This document shows positions 9,609 through 18,520 of a DNA stretch of 64,000 nucleotides, piece by piece. Origin of the DNA: a virus (lineage: Duplodnaviria > Caudoviricetes); IMG/VR virus record IMGVR_UViG_3300014204_000016, positions 6,669 to 70,668 of that record; one strand, given 5' to 3'. The translations under genes and the position numbers were made by a program. Numbering within the stretch: the stretch's first letter is position 1; each line of letters starts with the position of its first letter. The notes below the pieces were generated by a model. That model did not search any database. It was not told the DNA's origin and was given only the letters and a program-made list of their open reading frames with translations.

Positions 9609-10293
9609 TGAGAAAACACACCGAATTATGTCTATCGCTTGCCGAGTGTAAAGATACGATCTATACCGAAGTTCCTCTTGGTTCCGTATGGCTCGGGCAG
9701 GCTGCGCGCCGGGCAAGCGTCTCTTATGATAAAAAATATATGGAAACCGAATACGGCAAAATTCCTATTCCAACATATTCCGTAAATGGCGTGGCTATTG
9801 CCGATGTGGTAAATATTCGCCCATCATTTACCCGATTCTGCGTTGATATATTCGAGGTAAAAGTAAGCCGCGCCGATCTGATGAAAGATATTAAAACCGA
9901 GAAATATAAAAAGTACCTACCATTCTGTCATAGATTTTATTACGCTTGCGAATCGGGAATATGCAAAACCGCTGAAATTCCACCTGAATGCGGCCTATAT
10001 ATTCATGGTAAAATATCATGGAGATGTACAAAAGGCTCGGATGTTAGCGATATTGATATTCCTGTCGAATTTCTAATGGCTCTGATATTCTATAAGAAGA
10101 AAAATTATGTGCTAAAAAACAAATTATTTATGGCCCATCAACTACAGCAGTATTACGGCGAACAGGATGTTTTAATTAAAAAATTCGGCAAGGATATAGG
10201 CGTAAAGCTATGGCGAATGCGGCAAAAGGACAATTCGTTTATGGAGTCTTACAAATAAAATACTGAATGAAAATCAGGGGGAATTACCGCTAT
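9590..10293 (+). repeat. 17-bp direct repeat GGGGGAATTACCGCTAT at 9590-9606 and 10277-10293, flanking the MmcB gene
   Basis: Exact match read from sequence; each copy lies just before an ATG. Confidence 0.85.
9608..10258 (+). CDS. MmcB-family PD-(D/E)xK nuclease
   Basis: IADVV...IFEVKVSRADLMKD...KYLPFCHRFYYAC. Confidence 0.75.
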   Translation: MRKHTELCLSLAECKDTIYTEVPLGSVWLGQAARRASVSYDKKYMETEYGKIPIPTYSVNGVAIADVVNIRPSFTRFCVDIFEVKVSRADLMKDIKTEKYKKYLPFCHRFYYACESGICKTAEIPPECGLYIHGKISWRCTKGSDVSDIDIPVEFLMALIFYKKKNYVLKNKLFMAHQLQQYYGEQDVLIKKFGKDIGVKLWRMRQKDNSFMESYK

Positions 10294-10627
10294 GATTATA
10301 TTCAATGAACAGCAATGCGCACGATATATAACGCCTGACAATTATCTTGACTGCGCCTGTAAAATGTGCAGAGAAAAAACGGCGTTAAAAATACAGCATG
10401 CGCATTTCGGGTCGCTTCAATATCCGTCTATTTGCAGCAAACCATTTGAAGAAAGCAATATGATTATTCAAGTCGCCTACAAATTAAAAGTCATAAAATT
10501 AGACAGGCTGCTTGTTGGGTGCTATGTGCCTCTGGAATTGGCGAATGCTGATTTACTGCCGTCAAGAGTCTGGATAGTCGGAGAATGGAAAGATGCAATA
10601 AAAGATGCGATAAAAGGAAAGGGATAA
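10292..10627 (+). CDS. Cys-containing hypothetical protein
   Basis: Start follows the 17-bp RBS repeat. Confidence 0.6.
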   Translation: MIIFNEQQCARYITPDNYLDCACKMCREKTALKIQHAHFGSLQYPSICSKPFEESNMIIQVAYKLKVIKLDRLLVGCYVPLELANADLLPSRVWIVGEWKDAIKDAIKGKG

Positions 10628-10631
10628 TCAC

Positions 10632-11156
10632 ATGACAAAAGAAAATGAAAAGATATTACTGGAAGCTCGTATGATTGCCGGCTTACTTGTTGACGAAATT
10701 AAAGACTTGTGCGTCCGGATAGAAGTGGCGGGAAGCATTCGGCGCCGGCGTCCAGTAGTCCACGACATCGACATCGTACTAATCCCGAAACCGGACTGTA
10801 TAGACAAGATCAAAGGTATCTGTCTCGCGCATCATCCGTTATTCGGGAATATGCCTGCGCCGAAGTGGGGTGAACGATTGGCGTCCTTCTGGTATGAGGA
10901 TCAGATACAAGTAGATTTATACTTTGCTGATACGCATACGTTCCCGATTGTTCTATTCATTCGAACCGGTAGCAAGGACCATAATATCAGAATCATGAAC
11001 CTCTGTGGTAAACAAGAAAAGTATTTGGCGGCTGACGGATCGGGGATGTTTGCTGACAGGCTTAAAATCAAACAGATACGCATAGACAGGGAATCAGACA
11101 TATTTACTGCGTTGGGGATTGAATATCTTGAACCGGCGGAAAGGGAAATTCCTTAA
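10632..11156 (+). CDS. polX: minimal X-family DNA polymerase (nucleotidyltransferase core only)
   Basis: VAGSIRRR..VHDIDIVL, QVDL, RTGSKDHN, ESDIFTALGIEYLEPAERE. Confidence 0.85.
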   Translation: MTKENEKILLEARMIAGLLVDEIKDLCVRIEVAGSIRRRRPVVHDIDIVLIPKPDCIDKIKGICLAHHPLFGNMPAPKWGERLASFWYEDQIQVDLYFADTHTFPIVLFIRTGSKDHNIRIMNLCGKQEKYLAADGSGMFADRLKIKQIRIDRESDIFTALGIEYLEPAEREIP

Positions 11157-11668
11157 CTCTTTTCCTTCTCTTTCTCCAATTCTTCTTTACGGTTAATTAC
11201 TCTTTGTTCATATCGCATAACTTGTAATTCTGCATATTCTCGCTGTCTGCGCGTCTTCTCTCTGGCTTGTTTTATCTTCTCGCCGTCCCAATATAGTGTA
11301 GCACTATTAATCGATTCTACGGCGTTTATGGCTTCCTGTTCACATAGTATTTTCTTATCGAGCCATGACATGGCTTGTTTAAGGTTAATGCTTAACGTCC
11401 TTAGCTTCCCGTCTCTCAATGGTCCGTCTATCCACCATTCTTTGAATTTCAAAGCGTCTGCCCGGAGAATGATGCGCATTTCGTGGCGGCCTCTGTGTCC
11501 CTGATTACAGTTGATAATATAGCAAGTGATTTTCTTTTCTTTCATATACAATGCGACTAACGCAGCGCTGCAACCTATTACCTCGGCGGCCTGTTCCTTT
11601 GTAAGTATATCGTCCGGATCACATGTTAATAGTGGAGCGCGCGGGTATTCTTTTTTGGTGTATGCCAT
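11153..11668 (-). CDS. helix-turn-helix (HTH_17/excisionase-like) DNA-binding protein with coiled-coil tail
   Basis: DDILTKEQAAEVIGCSAALVALYMKEKKI. Confidence 0.65.
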   Translation of the reverse strand: MAYTKKEYPRAPLLTCDPDDILTKEQAAEVIGCSAALVALYMKEKKITCYIINCNQGHRGRHEMRIILRADALKFKEWWIDGPLRDGKLRTLSINLKQAMSWLDKKILCEQEAINAVESINSATLYWDGEKIKQAREKTRRQREYAELQVMRYEQRVINRKEELEKEKEKS

Positions 11669-11670
11669 GA

Positions 11671-11898
11671 TTATTTAATCCTTCCGGTTGTAAGTTTATG
11701 TTTCGGCTTTGATATTCTTGATCCTTTTGAAATTCTATTTGACGGACATTTGCATTTTAGGCATACCGGCACACAAAATGTGCATAGCCATATTTTAGCG
11801 CCACAATTAAGGCATTTTCTAAATCCTAAACCGTCTTGTTTATTGCATATTTCGCACTTCTTAATATCATTTCCCAAAATATCTTTTTCCGGCTCCAT
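11671..11898 (-). CDS. small multi-Cys zinc-finger protein
   Basis: CEIC, CLNC, CTFC, CLKC. Confidence 0.65.
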   Translation of the reverse strand: MEPEKDILGNDIKKCEICNKQDGLGFRKCLNCGAKIWLCTFCVPVCLKCKCPSNRISKGSRISKPKHKLTTGRIK

Positions 11899-11904
11899 GA
11901 TTAT

Positions 11905-14082
11905 TCATTCTCCTTTTCTCTTATTAAGCATTTTTTCTGCAAACTCTATCGGACTGAAATACTCTACTTCTGAATCGTCTTTAATCCGGTCTATTGCTTC
12001 ATCAATTCCCCTGTCCTTTCCTATCAATAGTTCGTTAATGTCTTCATCAATCATGCCGTCATTTATGAGATAGATTATATCACATTCTGCGGTCTGTCCC
12101 GGTCCATGAATACGTTTCCACATTTGTTCTAATTTCTTCGGGGACCACAATAAGTCAACTATGATAGCTGTAGATGCGGAAGTCATATTGACGCCTAAAT
12201 TACAAGCCTGTGTAGATACAACTAAAACTTTCGGATATTCTTCGTTCTGGAATCTCTTGCGCATTTCATTCCGGCGTTTAATCGACATCTTGCCGGTGAA
12301 TCCCTCTGCGCCGGGAATCGCTGCAATCATCTTATCAACAAACGGATTATTCACGGAAGCTATTAATACTTTCTCTCCGGCGTCCACTTTCTTTTTCACG
12401 ATCTGCTTTATGAATTCCATCTTTGCGGTACCGTTTCCGGTGTATGAATCGTAAAGGAATGGACAGGATGATATGCGGCGTAAAATATTCAGCTTCACAA
12501 GTACGGCTGACGATAATTGCTTCATAGAAGTCCCGCGCATCCAGTCCGGCATTTCGTCTAAGTCTGCAAGCTGCTCACGGTACCATATTTCAAAGTTGTC
12601 GACTGCTCGGTCATAGATTTCTTTCTCCGGCGCCGTTGGCTCTATGCTGATAAAGGATGGCTTGCCGTTCTTTATGTCCGGAACATTTATAAACTTGGCG
12701 ACATCGGGGTCTTTCTCTGTCCGGCGCGTCATAACGGTATCCATCAGCTCATAAAATAATTCTGCATTCCTGATTTTCGGGGATAGTTTATTACGGCCTG
12801 ACTTGGTTTTCGTGTAGACACAAAAGCGCTCTAAGAATAGCGCATAGCCGCCGTTGTATTGATACTGGAAACGTGGGCTTCCCTTACCTAACAACCACCA
12901 GAGTTGCCAAAAACATTCGCTAATATAATTCTCTAAGATTGTGCCTGTGAGTATGATTTTATGCTTTGCCTGTAGCGCCCTAAGAGCGCGCCCCTGCTGA
13001 CTGTTCCGGTTCTTACTCGCCTGTGATTCATCTACTACGATACAATCAAACGATTTCTTCATGCGCTTATAAAGGGCGGGTGTCCATGTGAAAGCTGAAT
13101 AATCACAAGCGTTACAATGGCGTCCGGTGAATTCTTTTATTGCTCCGCATTTGGGACAGCTTGAATTATCATATCTATTCCAACCGCATGTCTTTGTAGC
13201 GCTGTAGATGTCGGGATTCGGGGCCATGCAGATTTTGCTTGTCACTATTTCGCCGCATCGTTCACATGGTATCGGGCCTTCGTTCCGTTCCTCTCGGCGC
13301 AAGGTTTCAAATGCTATGATGTTGAATTTCTTTAGGTTGTATAAATCGCTCGGATGTCGGATTACGTTAATGTCTGATTTCGGGATATTCATAACTTCCA
13401 TTTCATCGGTCCATGTCTCTATCAGGGATGAAAAGCACACAAATAAATTAATCTTTGTCTCTTTAAGAATAACCGTTGCTATGGCTGTGCGCGTCTTCCC
13501 TAACCGCTGTTTGTATGCAAGGAAAGAATAATTCTTTAGTGCGTGTACCGCTGCATCATGGCGCTGATAGGGATAGAGTAAATCTTTGTATCCTATGGCT
13601 CGGAGTGTGCGCCTGTGCCTTTTATATTCGGCGCTAAGAGCCTTTGGGATTTCTTTCAGGGGCAATCCCTCTTTGTTGTAGAATCTCTGCCGGTGAAGGG
13701 CCGCTTTGAATAAGTCCGGTTCGATGTGCAATTTCAAGCCTGTATTTTCAAGACCGGGAATCTCGCCGTTTGTGACAAGTTCGTCAACCGTCAAATGCTG
13801 TTTCCATGTGTGGCCGTAATACGACATATTTCTTTTCCATTGAATAAACATATCATTTGCGCGCAAACAGTTTGGCTTGACTAAAAGTTTCCCGCCGGAT
13901 CGCTTCACAAGTAATAGATTTTCCTCGGCGTGTGAAAGTAAAGGCATGAAAAAATCACGGTCAAAGCGTCTCTGTTCGCGCGTGTGCGCCGATATTAAGA
14001 CGGGCGGCTGTTGGGCTGCCTCGGCTCGGTATGTGGCGTCAAAGTCAAATGATAGGTTCTCGGACATGGCGGAATTTAGCAA
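11905..14082 (-). CDS. SNF2-family helicase/translocase with zinc-ribbon insertion
   Basis: LYPYQ (Q motif), QRLGKT (I), IVVDESQ (II), ILTGTILENYISE (III), CNLGVNMT (V), QMWKRIHGPGQ (VI). The start may be ATG 14067. Confidence 0.85.
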   Translation of the reverse strand: MLNSAMSENLSFDFDATYRAEAAQQPPVLISAHTREQRRFDRDFFMPLLSHAEENLLLVKRSGGKLLVKPNCLRANDMFIQWKRNMSYYGHTWKQHLTVDELVTNGEIPGLENTGLKLHIEPDLFKAALHRQRFYNKEGLPLKEIPKALSAEYKRHRRTLRAIGYKDLLYPYQRHDAAVHALKNYSFLAYKQRLGKTRTAIATVILKETKINLFVCFSSLIETWTDEMEVMNIPKSDINVIRHPSDLYNLKKFNIIAFETLRREERNEGPIPCERCGEIVTSKICMAPNPDIYSATKTCGWNRYDNSSCPKCGAIKEFTGRHCNACDYSAFTWTPALYKRMKKSFDCIVVDESQASKNRNSQQGRALRALQAKHKIILTGTILENYISECFWQLWWLLGKGSPRFQYQYNGGYALFLERFCVYTKTKSGRNKLSPKIRNAELFYELMDTVMTRRTEKDPDVAKFINVPDIKNGKPSFISIEPTAPEKEIYDRAVDNFEIWYREQLADLDEMPDWMRGTSMKQLSSAVLVKLNILRRISSCPFLYDSYTGNGTAKMEFIKQIVKKKVDAGEKVLIASVNNPFVDKMIAAIPGAEGFTGKMSIKRRNEMRKRFQNEEYPKVLVVSTQACNLGVNMTSASTAIIVDLLWSPKKLEQMWKRIHGPGQTAECDIIYLINDGMIDEDINELLIGKDRGIDEAIDRIKDDSEVEYFSPIEFAEKMLNKRKGE

Positions 14083-14297
14083 TACTCCATTTCTTCGGTG
14101 ATTACGCTTTTGATAATTTCGTCATTGCCCATCATGTAAAATTCGATTGTATTTTCATTCAGATTATCATAGCATAATTTCCCGAAGTCATTTGTTGCGT
14201 AAACTTCTGATAATTCCGTCTCTGCCTCTCCGTCTTGGAATAAATACATAAAGCCTTTTTTGAATAACTGCGGATAAATATTTTTCTGTTTCTTCAT
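14076..14297 (-). CDS. hypothetical protein
   Basis: AAAGGA RBS upstream on the minus strand. Confidence 0.6.
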   Translation of the reverse strand: MKKQKNIYPQLFKKGFMYLFQDGEAETELSEVYATNDFGKLCYDNLNENTIEFYMMGNDEIIKSVITEEMEYC

Positions 14298-14332
14298 GGC
14301 TTCTGTGTCCTTTCAATTTGTCCCTAAAGGGA

Positions 14333-14614
14333 TTATTTTGTCCAGTTATCCTTACATTCCTGAATCGTGTAGTGCTTGGCCGCGCAATTATCGAGCCGGT
14401 AAAGCTGTTTGTAATAGTCGCGCTCGGCGTTCCAGTTCATGAGTAAAAACATGATTGCCAAAATTGCCGTGAATAAACAAGCACAACCTATTTTGCCTCT
14501 GCGCTCCTGTGCGCGTGTCGGGCGGTGGTCTTCCCAATATTGCGCGTCTTTTCCGTTTGGTCGGTGTTCAAGTTGGCCGTCTTCGTTCCAAACAAAATCT
14601 TTCGGGGTGTTCAT
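14333..14614 (-). CDS. single-TM membrane protein
   Basis: IGCACLFTAILAIMFLLM. Confidence 0.65.
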   Translation of the reverse strand: MNTPKDFVWNEDGQLEHRPNGKDAQYWEDHRPTRAQERRGKIGCACLFTAILAIMFLLMNWNAERDYYKQLYRLDNCAAKHYTIQECKDNWTK

Positions 14615-14781
14615 GCTGCTGCTCCTTTCCGTCTCTGGATTTTTGCCGCCTCTACCATCAAAGCGTTTGCATCTTTCAACATTGTGGCCGCTGCTGCTTC
14701 CAGTTCTGCCGTTGCTGCGTCAAATAGCCGGTTGGCCGTTGCGTTGCTGTTCGTCCGTCTGGTGTCGATTGTGGCATTCAT
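14611..14781 (-). CDS. 56-aa Ala-rich protein (not in ORF track)
   Basis: AAAGGAG RBS; ATGA overlap with the downstream gene. Confidence 0.6.
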   Translation of the reverse strand: MNATIDTRRTNSNATANRLFDAATAELEAAAATMLKDANALMVEAAKIQRRKGAAA

Positions 14782-14810
14782 GGCGTCCGTTCTCCTTTGG
14801 GTTTTTGTAT

Positions 14811-15218
14811 TCAGTCTTCATTTGGTAGCATGATAGTCAAGCATGGCGTCAAATCGTCATTCGGGCCGCAATTCATTTTGAATTGATAAACTTTCTGGTG
14901 TTCGTAAAGCGGCATCATGCATTCAAAAATAACTTCCTGTTCAGACAATACAAAAGTTTTGTAGTGAATAGACATGAAAAGCATGTCGTGAATAATTCCC
15001 TTGTGGTCGCAATCAAAGCGGGGATTATTAACTGCTTCGTCTATAATGCTCCAAACTGGAGCTGTGCAAGCAATCGGATATTTATAATGCTGTCTGCATA
15101 CGTCCGGCGCAATAGCTGACAAGTCAATCAAAACGCCGTCTTCAATCGCTTGGGCGCGTGTATAGCTGTGGATCACTTCGCCAAATAAATCAGTCATTGT
15201 CGGGTTTGTTTCGCTCAT
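14811..15218 (-). CDS. DUF6573-like phage/plasmid protein
   Basis: VIHSYTRAQAIEDGVLIDLS ... LTIMLPNED. Confidence 0.7.
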   Translation of the reverse strand: MSETNPTMTDLFGEVIHSYTRAQAIEDGVLIDLSAIAPDVCRQHYKYPIACTAPVWSIIDEAVNNPRFDCDHKGIIHDMLFMSIHYKTFVLSEQEVIFECMMPLYEHQKVYQFKMNCGPNDDLTPCLTIMLPNED

Positions 15219-15466
15219 GATATTTCAATCTCCTTTCCGGTTTCGTACCAAACATAAACTCGGTCATTCCCCAAACTTCCCTTAACAAGTTTGCCTGTCC
15301 AGTTCATTTTCTCGCATAGCGTTCTGACTGCGTGGTCGTGCGCTTGTTCGCTGTCTTCTTCAATCGGTACGGGGATGCTTATTGTGTTTCTGTCGCTGTC
15401 TGTGGCCTTAATGCGTGGGCCTCTGTGGTTTGTCGGGCCGGTGTAACTTGTGATTATGGCCTTCAT
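15215..15466 (-). CDS. conserved-looking small phage protein
   Basis: MKAIITSYTGPTNHRGPRIKAT; ATGA overlaps. Confidence 0.7.
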   Translation of the reverse strand: MKAIITSYTGPTNHRGPRIKATDSDRNTISIPVPIEEDSEQAHDHAVRTLCEKMNWTGKLVKGSLGNDRVYVWYETGKEIEIS

Positions 15467-15660
15467 TCTGCGCCTCTGCTTTCTGCCTCTAAGGGCATTT
15501 TATTTTCTGTAAATACTTCGGCTTGTATTTTTGCAAGCCATATTTTCCCTAATTGCCGCCGCGCTTCGTTCTCTGAATCTATCCCGTCAAGCTGCATCTG
15601 TTTCGCTGCCGTCTTCGTCTGCATCTTCGGGCCTTTCCTTTCTGCCTCTAAGGGCTTCAC
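15463..15660 (-). CDS. hypothetical protein with duplicated PLEAE motif
   Basis: 18-bp repeat CTTTCTGCCTCTAAGGGC at 15479-15496 and 15638-15655. Confidence 0.6.
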   Translation of the reverse strand: MKPLEAERKGPKMQTKTAAKQMQLDGIDSENEARRQLGKIWLAKIQAEVFTENKMPLEAESRGAE

Positions 15661-16244
15661 GTTTTAACTCTGCATTCTCTAATTGTTGTTTCAAGTAAAG
15701 TGCGGGTTTCCCAATAATGCCTTTGCCACTGGTCGCGCTCAATTTCTGCGGCGTCTGCCTGTTCGGTGGCTGTCTCTCTCAAGTTTCCGCTGTTGTGTAA
15801 TTTCTCAAATAAAATATCTCTTTCGTTTGTCTGTCTGCCGGTCATAATTAAATACTTCTCAAGGCTGCCGGTGTTCGCTGTTTTGAGTCTTACATTTTCG
15901 ATAAAGTCTTTTTGTAACTTCTCGAAACAAAATTTTATATCTGCCGTCTCTGTTTTGAGTCTTAGATTTTCTGCTCTAAGGGTATCTATTTCGTCAACCG
16001 CTGTCTTTAGTGCTGCCTCGGTTTCTTCAATGTATGCGCGCAAGGTGTCGGCGGGGTTGGTATCGTCAACGGCGCCGGTGTATCTGTCGCGCATTTCTGA
16101 TTCTTTTACGGTTTCTTTTATCGCTTCAAATCTTTGGCTGTCGTTCTCTGGATAATTAAAAATAATGTCTTCGGATTCCATTACTGCGCGATATAACTTA
16201 TCTGTATATTCAATCGCTTTTTTTGCTTCTTCTGCCGTCTTCAT
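15657..16244 (-). CDS. coiled-coil hypothetical protein
   Basis: Preceded by the 30-bp leader repeat. Confidence 0.7.
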   Translation of the reverse strand: MKTAEEAKKAIEYTDKLYRAVMESEDIIFNYPENDSQRFEAIKETVKESEMRDRYTGAVDDTNPADTLRAYIEETEAALKTAVDEIDTLRAENLRLKTETADIKFCFEKLQKDFIENVRLKTANTGSLEKYLIMTGRQTNERDILFEKLHNSGNLRETATEQADAAEIERDQWQRHYWETRTLLETTIRECRVKT

Positions 16245-16375
16245 TTTGTGGCTCTCTCTTTCCGGCGGGTTGGCCGCCGTTGGTTTTGTAGGAGCGTATC
16301 TGCCCGCTGTCGGCCATGTGCTTCAGGGTGTTGATGCTGACTCCGAGATACTCACTTGCCTCTGTAATTCTCACG

Positions 16376-16624
16376 TTATACCTCTTTCATATAAGTGCGC
16401 TTCGGCCTGTGCGCGATTTTCTGCAACAGGCACACACCTTCGCTTTCGAGTACCCTGCCAGAAAACACTCCGCAAGCGATTTCAAAGTCGGGGTCGCTGT
16501 TCGTGCATTTGTAGCCGTCATCCGTGTGCCACGCGAACCTATCTCCGTGAAAGTCGAAGATGATTCTCGCTTTCCGCTTGATGGTCTTTCCGCAGTAGTG
16601 ACAGTTAGGCAGTGGCTTGCTCAT
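16376..16624 (-). CDS. Cys/His-containing hypothetical protein
   Basis: AGGA RBS; CHYC motif. Confidence 0.6.
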   Translation of the reverse strand: MSKPLPNCHYCGKTIKRKARIIFDFHGDRFAWHTDDGYKCTNSDPDFEIACGVFSGRVLESEGVCLLQKIAHRPKRTYMKEV

Positions 16625-16625
16625 G

Positions 16626-16844
16626 TTATTGTTTCCTTCCTATTTTTCCCGCAAGTGCGGATTTTGTTTTTGCGACTTCGGATTCATGATAAAGTCGTGA
16701 ATAACCACAAGTATCCACGCGATAATGAATACCCGTCCCGGCTATAGTTATTTCTTTTACTTCACACTTACTCAAACAGTCGTTCCATAGAACGAATACG
16801 GTATCGCCTATATTGTGCTTGAAAGATTTTCTATGCTGTGGCAT
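16626..16844 (-). CDS. small beta-barrel-like phage protein
   Basis: FKHNIGDTVFVL...YRV; follows the 30-bp leader repeat. Confidence 0.65.
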   Translation of the reverse strand: MPQHRKSFKHNIGDTVFVLWNDCLSKCEVKEITIAGTGIHYRVDTCGYSRLYHESEVAKTKSALAGKIGRKQ

Positions 16845-17058
16845 CGTTGGCTCTCTCTTTCCGGCGGGTTGGCCGCCTGTGTCTTTGTAAAATTCCCCTA
16901 AGGGCTTATTTCGTGCGCGTGTCGCGTGGTCTGCGCCGGTGGGCTGCTGCCGGTGGCCGTGGGGCCGGATCGGGGGCGGCGTTTCGGTTTTCCGGCGGTG
17001 CCGGCGCCCGGTTCGGCTGTCCCGGCGCGCGCGTCTCCGGCTGCCTGTGTATGTCTTT

Positions 17059-17247
17059 TTAACAATATAAATAACTTTCGTTTTCTCGCTTTTCGTGGTG
17101 TCTGAAATATTGGGCGGCTGCTGTGTATTGCTCGGCGTCTTCGCCGTTCTGCGCTGCTACTCTCTCGCAATATCGCGCGGCGGCTGTTGTGTTTCCGGTA
17201 AAGGTGATTTTAACTGTTCGGACTATTTCGTGTATGCTCGGTTTCAT
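17059..17247 (-). CDS. hypothetical protein
   Basis: AAAGGAG RBS. Confidence 0.55.
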   Translation of the reverse strand: MKPSIHEIVRTVKITFTGNTTAAARYCERVAAQNGEDAEQYTAAAQYFRHHEKRENESYLYC

Positions 17248-17388
17248 GCTGTTGGCGTCTCCTTTCTGCGCTGTTTTGCGCCGTTCTGGTGTAGTTGTCG
17301 GCTTTTCGCCGGTTTCGTGCCTCTGGCGTCAATCTGGCGGGGTTTTCGGCTGCTGTGGGCCGTTCTTCCCGTCTGCATTTCTGGCCGT

Positions 17389-18486
17389 TTATACTTTGGC
17401 GGCGTTCTCGGCGTCCATTTTCGCAAGTTCCGCGCGGATAGCTTCGCGCGTTTCGCTGTCTGAATTGTTCATGATTTCGATTAGGTCGGCGCGCTGCCTC
17501 GCCTGTTCGCTGACTTCCTCGTCTTCGGGGTCTGTCCAGTCGTTCAAGCGGCTGCCTTCCGGCGTCTGGTCGGGCTGTAAAGCTGTGGCGGCTGCTGTCT
17601 GTAGTTCTTCCGCTGTCGGGCCGTTTACGGGCTGCGGGGCTGTCTCCGGGCCGTTGTCGGGTCTGTAGTCTTCTCCGCTGTCGGTTCTCGGCGTCTCGGT
17701 TGTCGGTGTCGGGGCTGCCTCGGCTGTAAAGTCTATTGATAATTCTTGGGCCGTGGCTCCGGTCATTAGCTCGGCGGGGATTCCGGTTTCGGGTATTTCG
17801 TCAAATATGCGCATCTCTGCGGCTTGTATGCCGGTTGTCGTGGTAAATTTCATTAGCTCGCTTTCATCCAATTGGCGTCCGGCTTTCTTAATCTCTTTCG
17901 TTATGTCGCGCGCTTTCTTTTTCATGGCGTCCATTAGCTTTTTGAGTTCTTCGCTTTTGGCGTCTGGCAATAGTGCATCAAGTCCTTTCATTTCCTTTAG
18001 TACGTCTCTTATGGCGTCCGGGTTCGCTGCTTTTACTGCCGCCTTTAGGTCTGTCAATCCGTTGGTTATCATCTGACTTATTGCCTGTAGTGCTTGGGCG
18101 TTGTCGCTCGTGATTTGAAAAGTAATTATCTGGCTATATATCCGGCTGTAATATGCTCCGCTGTTGAATTCGTCAACCTGTTGGATTATCTCTTTCTCGG
18201 CTTCGGTTATGGCTTCGAACGTCTGCGGGATGTCCGGCGCAAATAGTCCTATATCCGATATCGCGCCTTTGGTGGCCGTCTTCAATGCGGTTTTGATTCT
18301 GGCTCGGAGTGCGCGCGCGCGGTCGTGTTCCGGCTTGTCTTGGATTTCGCGCGTTGTCTCCCATTTGACAAGCTCATTTTTTCCGTTTGTTTCTTCTTCT
18401 CTGGATGTGGTTTTATAGCTTACATTTCCCGTCAAGCTCACGTCATGCAATATCAATATGCTCGGTTTCAAAGGTATGCGTCTCAC
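17389..18486 (-). CDS. helical partner of the AAA+ ATPase, with low-complexity acidic tail
   Basis: GTG start at 18486 after GGAGAAAGGA; VSLTGNVSY...KWETTREI..EHDRA. Confidence 0.75.
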   Translation of the reverse strand: MRRIPLKPSILILHDVSLTGNVSYKTTSREEETNGKNELVKWETTREIQDKPEHDRARALRARIKTALKTATKGAISDIGLFAPDIPQTFEAITEAEKEIIQQVDEFNSGAYYSRIYSQIITFQITSDNAQALQAISQMITNGLTDLKAAVKAANPDAIRDVLKEMKGLDALLPDAKSEELKKLMDAMKKKARDITKEIKKAGRQLDESELMKFTTTTGIQAAEMRIFDEIPETGIPAELMTGATAQELSIDFTAEAAPTPTTETPRTDSGEDYRPDNGPETAPQPVNGPTAEELQTAAATALQPDQTPEGSRLNDWTDPEDEEVSEQARQRADLIEIMNNSDSETREAIRAELAKMDAENAAKV

Positions 18487-18520
18487 TGTCTTTGTTCCTT
18501 TCTCCGGCGCGTGGCTCGGA

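Larger units (their letters stand above)
16249..16877 (-). repeat. 30-bp exact direct repeat (16249-16278 and 16848-16877): hairpin + purine-rich RBS before ATG
   Basis: Minus strand GGCGGCCAACCCGCCGGAAAGAGAGAGCCA. Confidence 0.9.

Noticed and set aside
11153-11668. Excisionase implying an integration module
   Set aside because: No tyrosine or serine integrase or att-like site was found in the window. HTH_17-like domains are common general regulators.
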